A DNA stretch of 63,652 nt, counting the filler, from Chlamydiia bacterium (GTDB taxonomy: Bacteria > Chlamydiota > Chlamydiia > Chlamydiales > FEN-1388): NCBI GenBank assembly GCA_903848235.1. It is 7 parts of 7 records of this genome, joined end to end, with 100 filler letters (N's around TTAATTAATTAA, not from the genome) between each part and the next. Parts side by side here need not be neighbours in the genome. Positions count along the whole stretch, not along the records: positions 51,274 to 61,581 come from CAINFV010000116.1; positions 61,682 to 63,652 come from CAINFV010000120.1; 5 more parts are not named here. One strand, written 5' to 3'. The notes under the pieces were generated by a model. It saw only the letters and a program-made list of their open reading frames with translations, had not been told where the DNA came from and ran no database searches. The position numbers and the translations under genes are program-made. This document shows positions 52,111-62,364 of this stretch, one piece after another. How positions within the stretch are numbered: position 1 is the stretch's first letter; each line of letters begins with the position of its first letter.

Positions 52111-52590
52111 TTACTGAGTGTCTGTGGCGATATAGACGGTCACTTCGGGGTTCTTTCGGGACGGAAATTCTGATGGATACATCTCAAAATCGGTTGTATA
52201 GGATCGTCTCACATCTGACTTCCAAATAGCATCCCATGTCCGAACCAGTGACTGCGGAAACTCACCCGTGACAGTAAACAAAGAATAGTGAGACGGGGGG
52301 ATTTCAATCCCCACCATGCCATCAGGGATAACCTGAATGGCAGACACTTCGCATCCGATGATATACGTAAATGGCTTCGTATAATCGCTCTCGTAGTCGG
52401 TATACACCGCCATTAGATTCTGATGTATGCGATGGGGGATTTTTTGGATAAGATTTTCAAGGAAAAACCGCTCCCAAAGAGGAGGCGCGTCGTGCTGGAA
52501 ACGGTTTTCCTCATTTGACGTTCTGATAGAAATACCGACGACGAAATGTGTCTTATGATTTTCACTACGATACTGCATCCCTTTCTCCAT
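52111..52590 (-). CDS. GyrI-like small-molecule-binding protein
   Basis: VGISIRTSN, VYTDYESD, YIIG, W..IW, DFEMY. Confidence 0.88.
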   Translation of the reverse strand: MEKGMQYRSENHKTHFVVGISIRTSNEENRFQHDAPPLWERFFLENLIQKIPHRIHQNLMAVYTDYESDYTKPFTYIIGCEVSAIQVIPDGMVGIEIPPSHYSLFTVTGEFPQSLVRTWDAIWKSDVRRSYTTDFEMYPSEFPSRKNPEVTVYIATDTQ

Positions 52591-52626
52591 TCAGCAACTT
52601 CTTCACCCAGATAGCCGTAGGGCAGG

Positions 52627-53784
52627 TCAGTGTGTCGTTTGAAATTCTTTCAGGCGTTCTGAAAAGGCTTTTCTCTGTGGGAAATTCTCTGCAGTCTCTG
52701 TCTTCGCCAGCTCTTCTAGGAGCTGCCGTTGTCGGGAAGAGAGCTCTGTTGGCGTCTCTACGACAATGCGAACTAAAAGGTCCCCCCGCCCACCACCTTG
52801 CAGGCTTGGAAACCCTTCCCCTTTTACACGGAAGACCTTTCCCGATTGGGTTCCTTCAGGAACAGAAATTTTGCAATGGCCTTGATGGGTAAACGAAGGA
52901 ATTTCCTTTTTACACCCAAGGGTCGCTTCACTCATGGTGACAGGAAGATCTAGCGTGATGTCATTGCCTTGACGCTCGAAGATCTCGTGAGACTCTACTT
53001 TAATATATACAAAAAGATCTCCTGGAAGCGCGCCACCAACGCCAATATCGCCATAGCCGCTCAGCTTCAGACGCATGCCAGTATCGATGCCAGGGGGAAC
53101 ATGAAAGTGGACTTTGCGTTTGGCTTTCACACGCCCTTCACCTTGACAGGCAGGACATGGATCGACAATCTGCTGCCCTTCGCCATGGCATTGGGGACAG
53201 GTCATCGACATGCTAAAAAAACCGCGCTGCTCAAACACCTGACCTGCACCACCACAGCGGCCACAACGTCGAGCGCCTTGAGCAGATGACGTCCGCCGTC
53301 CACCACAGGACTCGCAGACAACGAAATTGTTCAGTGACAGCTCTTTGTCAACACCAGAAATAGCTTCGGCAAATGAGATGCTGACTGTGATTCTCTTGCT
53401 CGCACCTTGCTGACGACGGCCTACTTCCTCGCCACCGCGCATCCCAAACATATCTTCGAAATAGGGCTCGCCGCCAAAGGCTCCCATAAATGTCCGTAAG
53501 GCTTCTTCCATAGAAGCATACCCAGCGCCACCACCTTGTTGGTAGCCCGCACTAGGGCCTGCACCGGAAAAAGCGTCTTTCCCATAGCGATCGTACGTTT
53601 GACGTTTCTTATCGTCGCACAAGACTTCGTACGCTTCAGAAATTTCTTTGAATTTTTTTTCGGCATCTGGATCGCCAGGATTGCGATCTGGATGAAATTG
53701 AAGAGCGCGCTTACGATAAGCCTTCTTTACTTCTTCCTGAGTTGCATCTCGAGAAATGCCCAGCACTTCATAGTAATCGGCCAT
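52627..53784 (-). CDS. dnaJ: Chaperone DnaJ
   Basis: HPD J domain, G/F region, four CxxCxG repeats. Confidence 0.97.
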   Translation of the reverse strand: MADYYEVLGISRDATQEEVKKAYRKRALQFHPDRNPGDPDAEKKFKEISEAYEVLCDDKKRQTYDRYGKDAFSGAGPSAGYQQGGGAGYASMEEALRTFMGAFGGEPYFEDMFGMRGGEEVGRRQQGASKRITVSISFAEAISGVDKELSLNNFVVCESCGGRRTSSAQGARRCGRCGGAGQVFEQRGFFSMSMTCPQCHGEGQQIVDPCPACQGEGRVKAKRKVHFHVPPGIDTGMRLKLSGYGDIGVGGALPGDLFVYIKVESHEIFERQGNDITLDLPVTMSEATLGCKKEIPSFTHQGHCKISVPEGTQSGKVFRVKGEGFPSLQGGGRGDLLVRIVVETPTELSSRQRQLLEELAKTETAENFPQRKAFSERLKEFQTTH

Positions 53785-53898
53785 CGTTCACCCGCTTGTC
53801 GATAATTCCCCTAGAAAAAAACGAGGGACAAAGAAAGGAAGCACAGACACATCGCTCGCCGCAAGAACATGGTCTTACGGCTAGGAATTGAAAATCCG

Positions 53899-54081
53899 TT
53901 AGGCTCTTTGCCGACGGTATTTAGTTGCCGCTTTCGACTTGACCCGTTTTTTCACAGAAGGTTTGGCATAGAACCGATGAGCCTTCACGGCTTTCATGAT
54001 TCCTTCTTTATCAAGGCGCTTTTTCAGAGCCCGTAATGCCTTGTCAATTGAATCACCAGGTCGTACTTTAACGGTGGTCAT
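53899..54081 (-). CDS. rpsU: 30S ribosomal protein S21
   Basis: [21 protein letters not shown]...FYAKPS. Confidence 0.95.
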   Translation of the reverse strand: MTTVKVRPGDSIDKALRALKKRLDKEGIMKAVKAHRFYAKPSVKKRVKSKAATKYRRQRA

Positions 54082-54369
54082 GCAAGCAATCCTAGATTGA
54101 ACTGGTCCTTCCAAAAGAGTAGGGAACCCGCTATTGTAGCGCCTTTTCATTCCCCCACAATCTATCGAAGAGGATACCCGACCTTTCGATATTACGCAAG
54201 GCAGACTTCTTCATGATTCTCATCAATTGCCCTCTTCCCTCACTGCGCGATGGTGAGAGAGCCTGCGAATGATTTGTATGTTGAGACAAATTTCACTGTA
54301 CAGAGGAAGAATTTTTATGGTATGGGAACAGCGACTGGTATCAACCTCCTCCTAAATGAAGGCTTTGCG

Positions 54370-54915
54370 ATGCAAACCCCCGTTCGCTGGAAGACTCGCC
54401 TCCGAGGCGAACTCCTCATGTTCTTAGCGCTCTCTTTCTTTCTGTTTATCTTCCTATGTTCGTTATCGCTGTATCGCAATTTACTTATTGGAGAAAGTAT
54501 CAGCGCCACACAATATGACTATTTGGCAATCCAATCGCTTGTCCTCGCCAAAATTATCATCCTAGGAAAATTCTTAGGACTTGGAGAGAGGTTTTCAGAC
54601 AGATCGCTGATTCTTCCAGCCCTCTATAAAACGCTCGTCTTCTCTTCGTTTATCTTTGCCTTCGCGTATTTCGAACATGTTCTCAGAGGGTTTTTTTCCG
54701 GAGAACCTCTTGCTAAGGTATACCAAGACTGGACAAACACGAATATCGTGACCGTTCTTGGTAGAATCCCCATCGTTCTTTTTGTCGCCCTCCCCTTTTT
54801 CTGCCTGGCAGAAATCAGCAATCTCATTGGGAAAGGGACCCTTTACGCACTCTTCTTCCGAAGAACAACTCTCCGTGAGGCTCTTGCGAAAATCCTAGAG
54901 AAAAAGACTCGTTAG
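54370..54915 (+). CDS. Multi-pass membrane hypothetical protein (start uncertain)
   Basis: Four hydrophobic segments; oriented against the tsaB-rpsU-dnaJ run. Confidence 0.65.
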   Translation: MQTPVRWKTRLRGELLMFLALSFFLFIFLCSLSLYRNLLIGESISATQYDYLAIQSLVLAKIIILGKFLGLGERFSDRSLILPALYKTLVFSSFIFAFAYFEHVLRGFFSGEPLAKVYQDWTNTNIVTVLGRIPIVLFVALPFFCLAEISNLIGKGTLYALFFRRTTLREALAKILEKKTR

Positions 54916-55646
54916 GGAAAGAACGTCACAGGTGTCGTTGGTATTGAAACAGACGGATCCGCGTCGCGCTTGTCAATCTCCGCTTGAGTTTTTCGAAGAT
55001 ACAGAAGGGGCAGCGATGCAGCAGTGTAGTGTCGATGAGCCGTGAACTCTTTGTACGCTACACGAGCGATGACAAAAGGGTGGGCAGAGACTTCGCAATA
55101 GACATGTGTCGCAAGGAACGCGCCATCACTCCCCTTCCTCACCAGCCAGTCACGAGAGGCGACAACCACCTTCGCTCCTGATACGGCTTTCGTACGAAAG
55201 CCTTCTACCGACACCACTTTTGGCGCAGAGGTATCACAGCCGTCGTCTGCAATCGAAATCTCCTGGATAAACACCCCTCCGATCCCTGCGTCAGCGGCAA
55301 GAAGATATGAGCCATTCTCAATGGGCGACAACAACAGCAGGCTTGAGACGGCGACAATAGGCAAGCTCTTCGCAAAAGAAATCGCCTTGACAGTGGCGGC
55401 TGCGGACCGAATACCGGTATAAGAGCCTGGCCCTATTCCACTGACTAAGTACGTAATGGCATCCAGACAAAGGTTATGTCGGGTAAGAAGCTCGTTCCAC
55501 ACTGCACAGGGATGGCGGGACTCCTTCAGCTCGCAATGTACCGTCTCTATACACTCTGCGTCACGAAAGAGCGCGAACACCCCTTGCCCAAACGACTGAT
55601 CAAGAAATAGAGAGTACATGAACGTGAACCGACTCTTGTTGCACAA
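54912..55646 (-). CDS. tsaB: tRNA threonylcarbamoyl biosynthesis protein TsaB
   Basis: GIGPGSYTGIR, PLLYLR. Confidence 0.92.
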   Translation of the reverse strand: MCNKSRFTFMYSLFLDQSFGQGVFALFRDAECIETVHCELKESRHPCAVWNELLTRHNLCLDAITYLVSGIGPGSYTGIRSAAATVKAISFAKSLPIVAVSSLLLLSPIENGSYLLAADAGIGGVFIQEISIADDGCDTSAPKVVSVEGFRTKAVSGAKVVVASRDWLVRKGSDGAFLATHVYCEVSAHPFVIARVAYKEFTAHRHYTAASLPLLYLRKTQAEIDKRDADPSVSIPTTPVTFFP

Positions 55647-55648
55647 TG

Positions 55649-56725
55649 TTAGGAAAAAGGAAGGACATCAGGGACGATAATCGTCCGTGGAAGGTACAGC
55701 TCTTCGAAGAGTCGCAGAAAATATCCATCTGTCATACCGGCTATGTAATCAATAACCAGCTGCTCTGTCGGATTCCCATCAACATATGAAGGCGCCTTGG
55801 TATGGAGAAAATGTCCCCATAACACGCTTTCCCTGCCTTTGTCTTTCCATTCATTGAACAAATGATTAAAAAGCATATCGTAAATAGTATGTATCTTTCG
55901 AGACTCTGTTTTCAAGCGCTCATGCATATAAATATGATCGAAGTTAAAAGAACGAATTTCCTTTAACCCTTGAAAAACAACTTCTGACAGGCCAATAGCC
56001 CCACTCTGTTGATAGATATCGATGATATCTTGTTCGACCATGTGCGTCAACGCCCGCTCCGTAGCAGGAAAAACCGTCGTAGGCACTTCATCTCTTGTGA
56101 CAATGCCTAGGGTTATCGCATCATTCAGATCTCGCTCTAGATAGCTTGCCGTATCCGCGATTTTTACAAGGGCGCCCTCAACAGTCGCAGGGTATAGATC
56201 CATTTCCGGATCCTTCCTGCGCATTTCAAGTTCGGCGTTATGCTGTTCCCAGGTTTTCCCAGGGGCAGTTTCTATGATTCGCTGATTCATCCCCCCATCG
56301 TGACACAAAAACCCATCAAGGGTGGCAAAGGTCAGATTCATCGGTTCAATGTCTGTTGCAACCCTGCACGACTGTCTGGAATGAGAAAAAGCTCCTAGAC
56401 CAGACGCCCTCGACAACGCGTCTAAGTACCCTTCCCCTTCGTGCCCAAAAGGAGCGTGCCCGAGGTCATGTCCAAGGCTTATAGCTTCTATAAGGTCCAC
56501 ATTAAGCCCTAGCTTCCGTCCTATTCCACGGGCCAACGAGCTCACCAGCTGAACATGCAATCCGCGCGATGAAATATGGTCGTGAGGGAAGAGGTAGACC
56601 ACTTGTGTTTTGTCAGCATACCGAGCGTACGCCTTGGAATACAAAATCATCTCAACGTCTTGATAAAAAGAGTCTTCTCTTTGTGCGCGAAGATTAGGAG
56701 TCGAGTGAGAATAGATATGAGTCAT
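55649..56725 (-). CDS. HD-domain dNTP triphosphohydrolase (dGTPase-like)
   Basis: DKTQV, SRGLH, GHDLGHAPFGHEGE, ADTASY, DYIAGMTD. Confidence 0.9.
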   Translation of the reverse strand: MTHIYSHSTPNLRAQREDSFYQDVEMILYSKAYARYADKTQVVYLFPHDHISSRGLHVQLVSSLARGIGRKLGLNVDLIEAISLGHDLGHAPFGHEGEGYLDALSRASGLGAFSHSRQSCRVATDIEPMNLTFATLDGFLCHDGGMNQRIIETAPGKTWEQHNAELEMRRKDPEMDLYPATVEGALVKIADTASYLERDLNDAITLGIVTRDEVPTTVFPATERALTHMVEQDIIDIYQQSGAIGLSEVVFQGLKEIRSFNFDHIYMHERLKTESRKIHTIYDMLFNHLFNEWKDKGRESVLWGHFLHTKAPSYVDGNPTEQLVIDYIAGMTDGYFLRLFEELYLPRTIIVPDVLPFS

Positions 56726-56739
56726 AAATCCCCTACTTT

Positions 56740-58494
56740 TTATTCTTCACAGTGAATGGTGCAGTATTGACCGCGCAAATACGCATATGTCTCCTGCGCT
56801 GATGTAAATGAAAGCACGGTGCGTGCAATGCGCTGTGCGTCCTCAGTGGAAAACGATCGCAATACATGCTTCACCATAGGAGATAATCGCGGTGCTATCG
56901 ATAGTTCTGTAATGCCAAGGCCCACGAGGAATGGGATCAGCAAGGGATCTGACGCCATCTCCCCACACAAACATACGGGGATCCTCACATCAGAGCTTTC
57001 TTGGACAATAAAGCGCAAGAGACGGAGCAGCCCTGGATGGTAGGATAACCGGGGGTCAAAAGAGGCGCTGTTACTGCGATCAACAGCAAGAGAGTATTGA
57101 ATCAAATCGTTCGTTCCAATCGATAAGAAATCGACTTTCCCTGCCAGCGAACTTGTTCGGAAGGCCAGGGCAGGAAGCTCCACCATAGCACCAACTCGCA
57201 TAGGCTTCAGCGGCAACTCATGCCGTACTTGCTCCTGCGCTTCAGAGAACAACTGCAAACATCGGTCCAGCTCTTCTATAGAGGAAATCATGGGAAATAA
57301 CACTGACAGAGACCCGTGAACTGAGGCACGGATGATAGCGCGAAGATGGGATAGAAATATCGAAGGATTGTCTAAAAGGAGATCTATCGTCCGTCTCCCC
57401 TGCTTTAATGCAGGAAAGGCCGATGCCACCTCTTCCCAGCCTTTATCGGAACCGAAATCAAAAACACGAATCGTAATAGGCCTGCCCTCAGCTGCCTTTA
57501 CCATTTCAGTATATACATCTGCCTGCTCATGTTCAGTGGGAAATCGGCGGCGTTCTAAGACCTGATATTCGGTGCGATACAAGCCAACGCCATCTAGCCC
57601 CAAAGAAACTATCTGCCGCACATCATTCACCCCAGAGACGTTAGCCATGACGGACACGCGACTGCCATCCTTAGTGAATCCCCCGACAATGGGCTTATCG
57701 CCATTGTTTCGAAAATAGGCGTCATGGGCATCTCTCAACGCCGTATATCGTCGAACGGTATCTGCCGAAGGCTGTAGAATGACAAGACCTGCCAGACCAT
57801 CAACAATCACAGGAGAGCCGGAAAAAGAATCTCGGAAGCTCACCCCATGGATGTCAGTGACATAAGGAATACCTCGGGCTTTTGCAACAATAGCTGTATG
57901 AGACATAGCTCCGCCCTGGGTGGTGACGATGGCGCCAATGCCATTCACACTCATCTCTGCTACGATCGACGCCGTTACTGTTTTTGCAAATAATATAGCC
58001 TGAGGAGGGATTTTCAGGCTTTCTGTTGAGGGCGTTGAAAGAAAGGAAAGAATACGAAAACAGACCCCTTCAACATCTTCAAATCGCTGTCGTATGCCAA
58101 CATCAGGGATCTTTTCGAAGCGAAGGCGAAATTTCTCCATCACTTCCGCAACAACATGCTCAGCACGCTCTTTTTTCTGAAGGATCGTATGCTCTACCTC
58201 TTTGCAGAGCGCTGGGTCGACCGTCATCTGCAGATGCATGTCTACGATATCGGCTTCTTGACAAAACCCACCATTCTGTAGCTTCTCAAAGAGTGATCGC
58301 AGCTCTGCTTGGCTTTCAGCAATGGCCAGGGAAAAGCGGCGTATCTCCTGTTCTACAGAGACATTTGACTCAGAAGTTTTCTCTCGAAATATCAATGACC
58401 TCTCTGGAAGAAGAAACAACGATCCAACGGCTACTCCAGGGACGACGGCACGCCCTTGGAGCCACATCTCCTCAGTAGGCGTCTGTTCGGTCAA
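56740..58494 (-). CDS. ptsI: PEP-protein phosphotransferase, PTS enzyme I
   Basis: SHTAIVA phospho-His, GLYRTE, SIGTNDL.QY, CGEMA. Confidence 0.96.
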   Translation of the reverse strand: MTEQTPTEEMWLQGRAVVPGVAVGSLFLLPERSLIFREKTSESNVSVEQEIRRFSLAIAESQAELRSLFEKLQNGGFCQEADIVDMHLQMTVDPALCKEVEHTILQKKERAEHVVAEVMEKFRLRFEKIPDVGIRQRFEDVEGVCFRILSFLSTPSTESLKIPPQAILFAKTVTASIVAEMSVNGIGAIVTTQGGAMSHTAIVAKARGIPYVTDIHGVSFRDSFSGSPVIVDGLAGLVILQPSADTVRRYTALRDAHDAYFRNNGDKPIVGGFTKDGSRVSVMANVSGVNDVRQIVSLGLDGVGLYRTEYQVLERRRFPTEHEQADVYTEMVKAAEGRPITIRVFDFGSDKGWEEVASAFPALKQGRRTIDLLLDNPSIFLSHLRAIIRASVHGSLSVLFPMISSIEELDRCLQLFSEAQEQVRHELPLKPMRVGAMVELPALAFRTSSLAGKVDFLSIGTNDLIQYSLAVDRSNSASFDPRLSYHPGLLRLLRFIVQESSDVRIPVCLCGEMASDPLLIPFLVGLGITELSIAPRLSPMVKHVLRSFSTEDAQRIARTVLSFTSAQETYAYLRGQYCTIHCEE

Positions 58495-58832
58495 ATCTGT
58501 TCTCCAAACCTTTGACGAAAGGCTTCTTCTAGTTTCTGAATGATATCATTTGCATCAGGCCCGTCAACAGAGACGGTGATCCATGAATTATGGGGGGCTG
58601 CCAACATCAAAAGACCTAAGATACTTTGAGCATCTACCGTTTGACGTCGGTAGGTAAACTTAACAGCGGACCTGGTATCACGCAATAATCGGACAATTGA
58701 TGCTGCAGGACGCGCGTGGAGCCCTTGGCGATTTTGGATTCGCAATCTCCGCGTCGCCTGCAAAACCCCGAGCTCTGTTGTTGATTTCGAAAGATTTCCG
58801 TTTTCACATTCGCGAGAAGTAGTCACTGGCAT
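58491..58832 (-). CDS. ptsH: Phosphocarrier protein HPr
   Basis: GLHARPA, DAQSILGL. Confidence 0.93.
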   Translation of the reverse strand: MPVTTSRECENGNLSKSTTELGVLQATRRLRIQNRQGLHARPAASIVRLLRDTRSAVKFTYRRQTVDAQSILGLLMLAAPHNSWITVSVDGPDANDIIQKLEEAFRQRFGEQI

Positions 58833-58935
58833 ATGACCTCGAAGTTCATGTCATCGATTCTATCACACAAAGAACAATAACTGGCACTGGTCAATTCTGG
58901 GCCTTGGCCCCTCAAAGGGTCTAACTTTTTTGTCG

Positions 58936-59670
58936 TTATTGAGTAGGATTGTTCGTCGATTCTCTACGAAACGATGGTGGCGCCGGCGTACGCGGAACAC
59001 TCTTCGGACCCGGACGGGCGCTGCTCGCCGCACGACCCTTCGTCGCACCTTCACTTGGATTCAGAAGCATTCCCGTGCGATATGTCACAGCACGTCGTAT
59101 GTGCATCAGATCTTGGGCAAACTCTTCATGCCGACACATCATCAACACAGCTTCGAGTCGGCTTTTGAAAAAATCCAGGTCTTTCTTCATCGCATCAAGA
59201 TGAGCTTTATTGAGGAGCTGCGAAAAGCGGGCCCACATCCCTGACGTCTTGGTATACTCATGTCCTGCAGCTTTCAGGCAGTCACATTTTTCAATACCCT
59301 TTTCAAGTCTCGGACGATTCACCTGATGGACGTATGGGCATTCGATACCGCGTTGATCAATGGCTCGCAAGAGATAGAGTAACCGTGCACAGTCTGAGGA
59401 AAGTTTTCGCAGATCGTTCAGCTCGTTTCTCGAAAGAGGTAGCGGCTGTTGCATGACAACTTTCTGTCTAAGAGGAGTCAGATGAACCGTCTGACGAATC
59501 GGCTTGGGAATGGGGTTGCTGACCCAATTTTCTAGGGCCTCATAAAATTCATAAGCATCAAACGATTGAAGTTGGGTTTCAAGATTCCGACGCTCTTGCT
59601 CTTCACGTCGAGCCTCTTCCTTCTTTTGCAACTCTTCTCGTTGCTGTTGTGCGTTTGGTGGTGGATGCAC
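58936..59670 (-). CDS. ORFan with E/Q/R-rich coiled N-terminus, candidate effector
   Basis: GAGG RBS, GTG start, motif M upstream. Confidence 0.65.
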   Translation of the reverse strand: MHPPPNAQQQREELQKKEEARREEQERRNLETQLQSFDAYEFYEALENWVSNPIPKPIRQTVHLTPLRQKVVMQQPLPLSRNELNDLRKLSSDCARLLYLLRAIDQRGIECPYVHQVNRPRLEKGIEKCDCLKAAGHEYTKTSGMWARFSQLLNKAHLDAMKKDLDFFKSRLEAVLMMCRHEEFAQDLMHIRRAVTYRTGMLLNPSEGATKGRAASSARPGPKSVPRTPAPPSFRRESTNNPTQ

Positions 59671-59763
59671 GGAATGCCTCTCTTCCTAAGTCTTCGATTA
59701 AGACAAAAACCGTACAACATAATACAACATATTTGTTTTTTTTCAAACAAATATATTATTCGT

Positions 59764-59789
59764 TGTACCTCCAATGTAGAAATTTCCGG
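59764..59789 (-). repeat. 26-bp motif M
   Basis: TGTACCTCCAATGTAGAAATTTCCGG, 25/26 identical to 61383-61408. Confidence 0.9.
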
Positions 59790-59883
59790 ATTCCTGAAGG
59801 GCTAGTTCAAAACTAGCCCAGCAACTAATCTTAGAAACGGTGGTTGGATCCGTGGCAAAAAACGTCGTTTCTAGACTAATGGG

Positions 59884-60048
59884 TATACACCGGTTCCAAT
59901 TGAAAGTTGGGGTTTTTTGCCGCGTTAAAGCCTCAATCTTTGATCCATCAAAAAACATCCAATAGTACATTAGGGGGTGTTTTTCGATGGTCAAATCTCG
60001 AGCCTTTTCCACGACAAAAAATCTCAACTTTCAACCGTCAGCGGTATA
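59884..60048. repeat. Full-length family A hairpin (~165 bp), TATA-flanked MITE-like
   Basis: TATACACCGG..TTGAAAGTTG / CAACTTTCAA..GCGGTATA; inverted copy of 82-223. Confidence 0.9.
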
Positions 60049-60051
60049 TGT

Positions 60052-61296
60052 CTATTTTCGAGGAGGCCAGGTCTCGATTCTTGAACAGTGCTCAACGGGA
60101 TATCCTTGGAGCATGTACCGAATTTTCCACGTAAGTTCAGAAAATCTTTTGTCCTGCATCATTAATTTAAAATCTATCGTATCCAGGTCGGTTTGGCGAA
60201 CTGAAATCTGCCGAAGAGCTTCGCATTCAGAAAGGGCAGCAGAAAAAATTCTATTTCGGAACAGAACTCCCAGTTTTTCCGGAGTTATCACACATCTCTG
60301 ATAGAGGTGCACAAAAAAATCTTGCTCTTTTGGATTAAGGCAGGAAAACGAGGGCAGCAACTCGGCTAGCGTCTCATCAAAATCCTCGGCACAAGCTCCG
60401 GGAGAATCCGCTTGTTCTCGTAGATCAGCATGCCCTGCAACAGGTTCTTCAGGATGGGTGTCACGTTCCTCTCCAAGCATAACTTTTTTAGATGAGGAGA
60501 TGGCATAGGCAAGCAACGTTAACCCATCATCTGGGAGAGAACATGTTCCATTGCGATACTCGCCTAATTCTGGGCACCCACAACCATTCTTTATGAAAGA
60601 CTCCAGCATCCGTAAAAAATTTCTCGATGCTGCATGTCCAGAATCTTGGTCTCGTGATTCGACTAATTTTGCCGCAGCAAAAGCCTGTAGCATTTCAGTA
60701 AGGCTCAGGGGACTATAGCTCGGCCCTCCACAAGAAGAGAGCAGCGCTCTTAGAGCGTTTGCCTCGAGAAAAGGAAAGAATTTACTCGAGATTTGATATT
60801 TGTGATTGGGCAGCTCAGCAGCCTTTTTATCGTGCGATTCATCAACTGCAACTTTTGCTCTCTTTGCAAGAGGTTCTTGAGATGCTTGCGACTTAAAGAA
60901 ACAGGCTGCGGCGCTCATGAGTTCAGGAAATATAATTCGGACCGCAGTGGAATTCAAACGTATGTCTCCACCATCTGCATCGAGAACAGAGAAAGATTTT
61001 TTTGGTTCAACTACACCCATCGCGTCCTTGAGGCGTTCACCGAGTGCCGCTCTATTAGTCTTGATAAATTCCTGAATTTCGGGATTCGCCATTTTGGAGG
61101 CCGTTTTCAAAAGCGCGTACACTTCCCTTGGGCACGTTCTAGCGAAAGACAAATCCCTAGAACCCACCAAACAGTCCAGGAGGTCGGCTATTTTTTCTGG
61201 GTCTTTGGATTCAATAACAGTATGCATGGCTTCCTCTCTTGAATAACCAGGCAGTGACCGATCATTTAAACTCGCAACCAGTGAGCGTACCGACAT
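60052..61296 (-). CDS. ORFan, possible BTB/Skp1-like region, candidate effector
   Basis: GAGG RBS; FSVLDADGGDIRL and LTEMLQAFAAAKLV segments. Confidence 0.65.
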   Translation of the reverse strand: MSVRSLVASLNDRSLPGYSREEAMHTVIESKDPEKIADLLDCLVGSRDLSFARTCPREVYALLKTASKMANPEIQEFIKTNRAALGERLKDAMGVVEPKKSFSVLDADGGDIRLNSTAVRIIFPELMSAAACFFKSQASQEPLAKRAKVAVDESHDKKAAELPNHKYQISSKFFPFLEANALRALLSSCGGPSYSPLSLTEMLQAFAAAKLVESRDQDSGHAASRNFLRMLESFIKNGCGCPELGEYRNGTCSLPDDGLTLLAYAISSSKKVMLGEERDTHPEEPVAGHADLREQADSPGACAEDFDETLAELLPSFSCLNPKEQDFFVHLYQRCVITPEKLGVLFRNRIFSAALSECEALRQISVRQTDLDTIDFKLMMQDKRFSELTWKIRYMLQGYPVEHCSRIETWPPRK

Positions 61297-61378
61297 AATA
61301 ACCTCTATTTAAATTTGCATCTTATTTATCAAGAATAACAGAATAAATTGTATCAATAATTGACAATATTAAACAAAC

Positions 61379-61422
61379 TAATTGTAGCTCCAATGTAGAA
61401 ATTTCCGGTTTTGCTACAATTA
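61379..61422. repeat. Motif M enclosed by a 10-bp inverted repeat
   Basis: TAATTGTAGC-TCCAATGTAGAAATTTCCGGTTTT-GCTACAATTA. Confidence 0.85.
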
Positions 61423-61439
61423 TACTTTACCTGTTGTTT

Positions 61440-61581
61440 ACTGGACTTTAGCATTTTTTGGGCACCGAGTTCGCAGAGCGTTGTCTTTCAGACAATTGCA
61501 TTTATCATAGATCGGCCTAGGCAGGCCATCTATGATAAATGCAAGAAGTATGAGAGACAACGAATGCGAAATCGGTCTCAA
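61440..61581. repeat. Long hairpin element B, cut by the contig end
   Basis: Begins ACTGGACTTTAGCATTTTTT; centre TTGCATTTATCATAGATCGGCCT-AGGC-AGGCCATCTATGATAAATGCAA. Confidence 0.9.
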
Positions 61582-61681
61582 NNNNNNNNNNNNNNNNNNN
61601 NNNNNNNNNNNNNNNNNNNNNNNNNTTAATTAATTAANNNNNNNNNNNNNNNNNNNNNNNNNNNNNNNNNNNNNNNNNNNN
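61582..61681. other. Artificial contig linker
   Basis: N44-TTAATTAATTAA-N44. Confidence 0.99.
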
Positions 61682-62364
61682 CAACGATTGAGTAGAGTTG
61701 CGCAATGCTTCAAAAGACTTCCACAAGACTTCGTTGCCACCGAAAAATAATTGAAGGTTTGCAGGGATTGAGGCCTTGTCGACAACAGCAATCTGTTCCG
61801 AACTCCCAGAGGAAACATCCATACTAGCCATCTTTTTGACACGAAACTTTTTCGCCCCCTTCACAAAATCTCGTTGTGGTGGTCGAGGGCCTCTCAAGAA
61901 ATGAGGATGTAACACCCCCCCGAATGCGGCAACCATCACCACCACCAAAAATACAGGGCCTTAAAATTAACTGGTTGCCTCCAAAAAAAAGGAGACTTGG
62001 TTGTTGAATCTTTTTCACTTTTTACAAATGAAATTCCTTCCTCCAACATAAAAAAGGCGTTATGGAAAAAAGAATTAAAAATATTTGTGAAATTGTAATT
62101 CGTTGCTTTAAATCCAAAGCATATTCTGATGGCTTTCTTCTTTTCATTTTGGAGAGAGCTAAAGCCAAGATAGATTTAAATTTGGGTGAGGAAAAATGTG
62201 TTTTATAGCTATTACAGTGTACCCCATCTTTTCTAAAATTCAAAGATTGCGGAGGTCGAGAAGATATCCGCACTGATTTGAGTCTCGATTACAAAGGTAG
62301 TTTCTAAGGAAGACTCAAACAATACCACATGTCCTCATTTTCTCTCACTTTCGTTGTACAACAG

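Noticed and set aside
59884..60048. Hairpin A as a canonical integron attC site
   Set aside because: Lacks RYYYAAC...GTTRRRY ends, and no integron integrase is visible; the integrase fragments are on an unrelated contig.
59743..60134. Short ORFs here and at 2-202 with similar peptides
   Set aside because: They are translations of the palindromic repeat, not genes.
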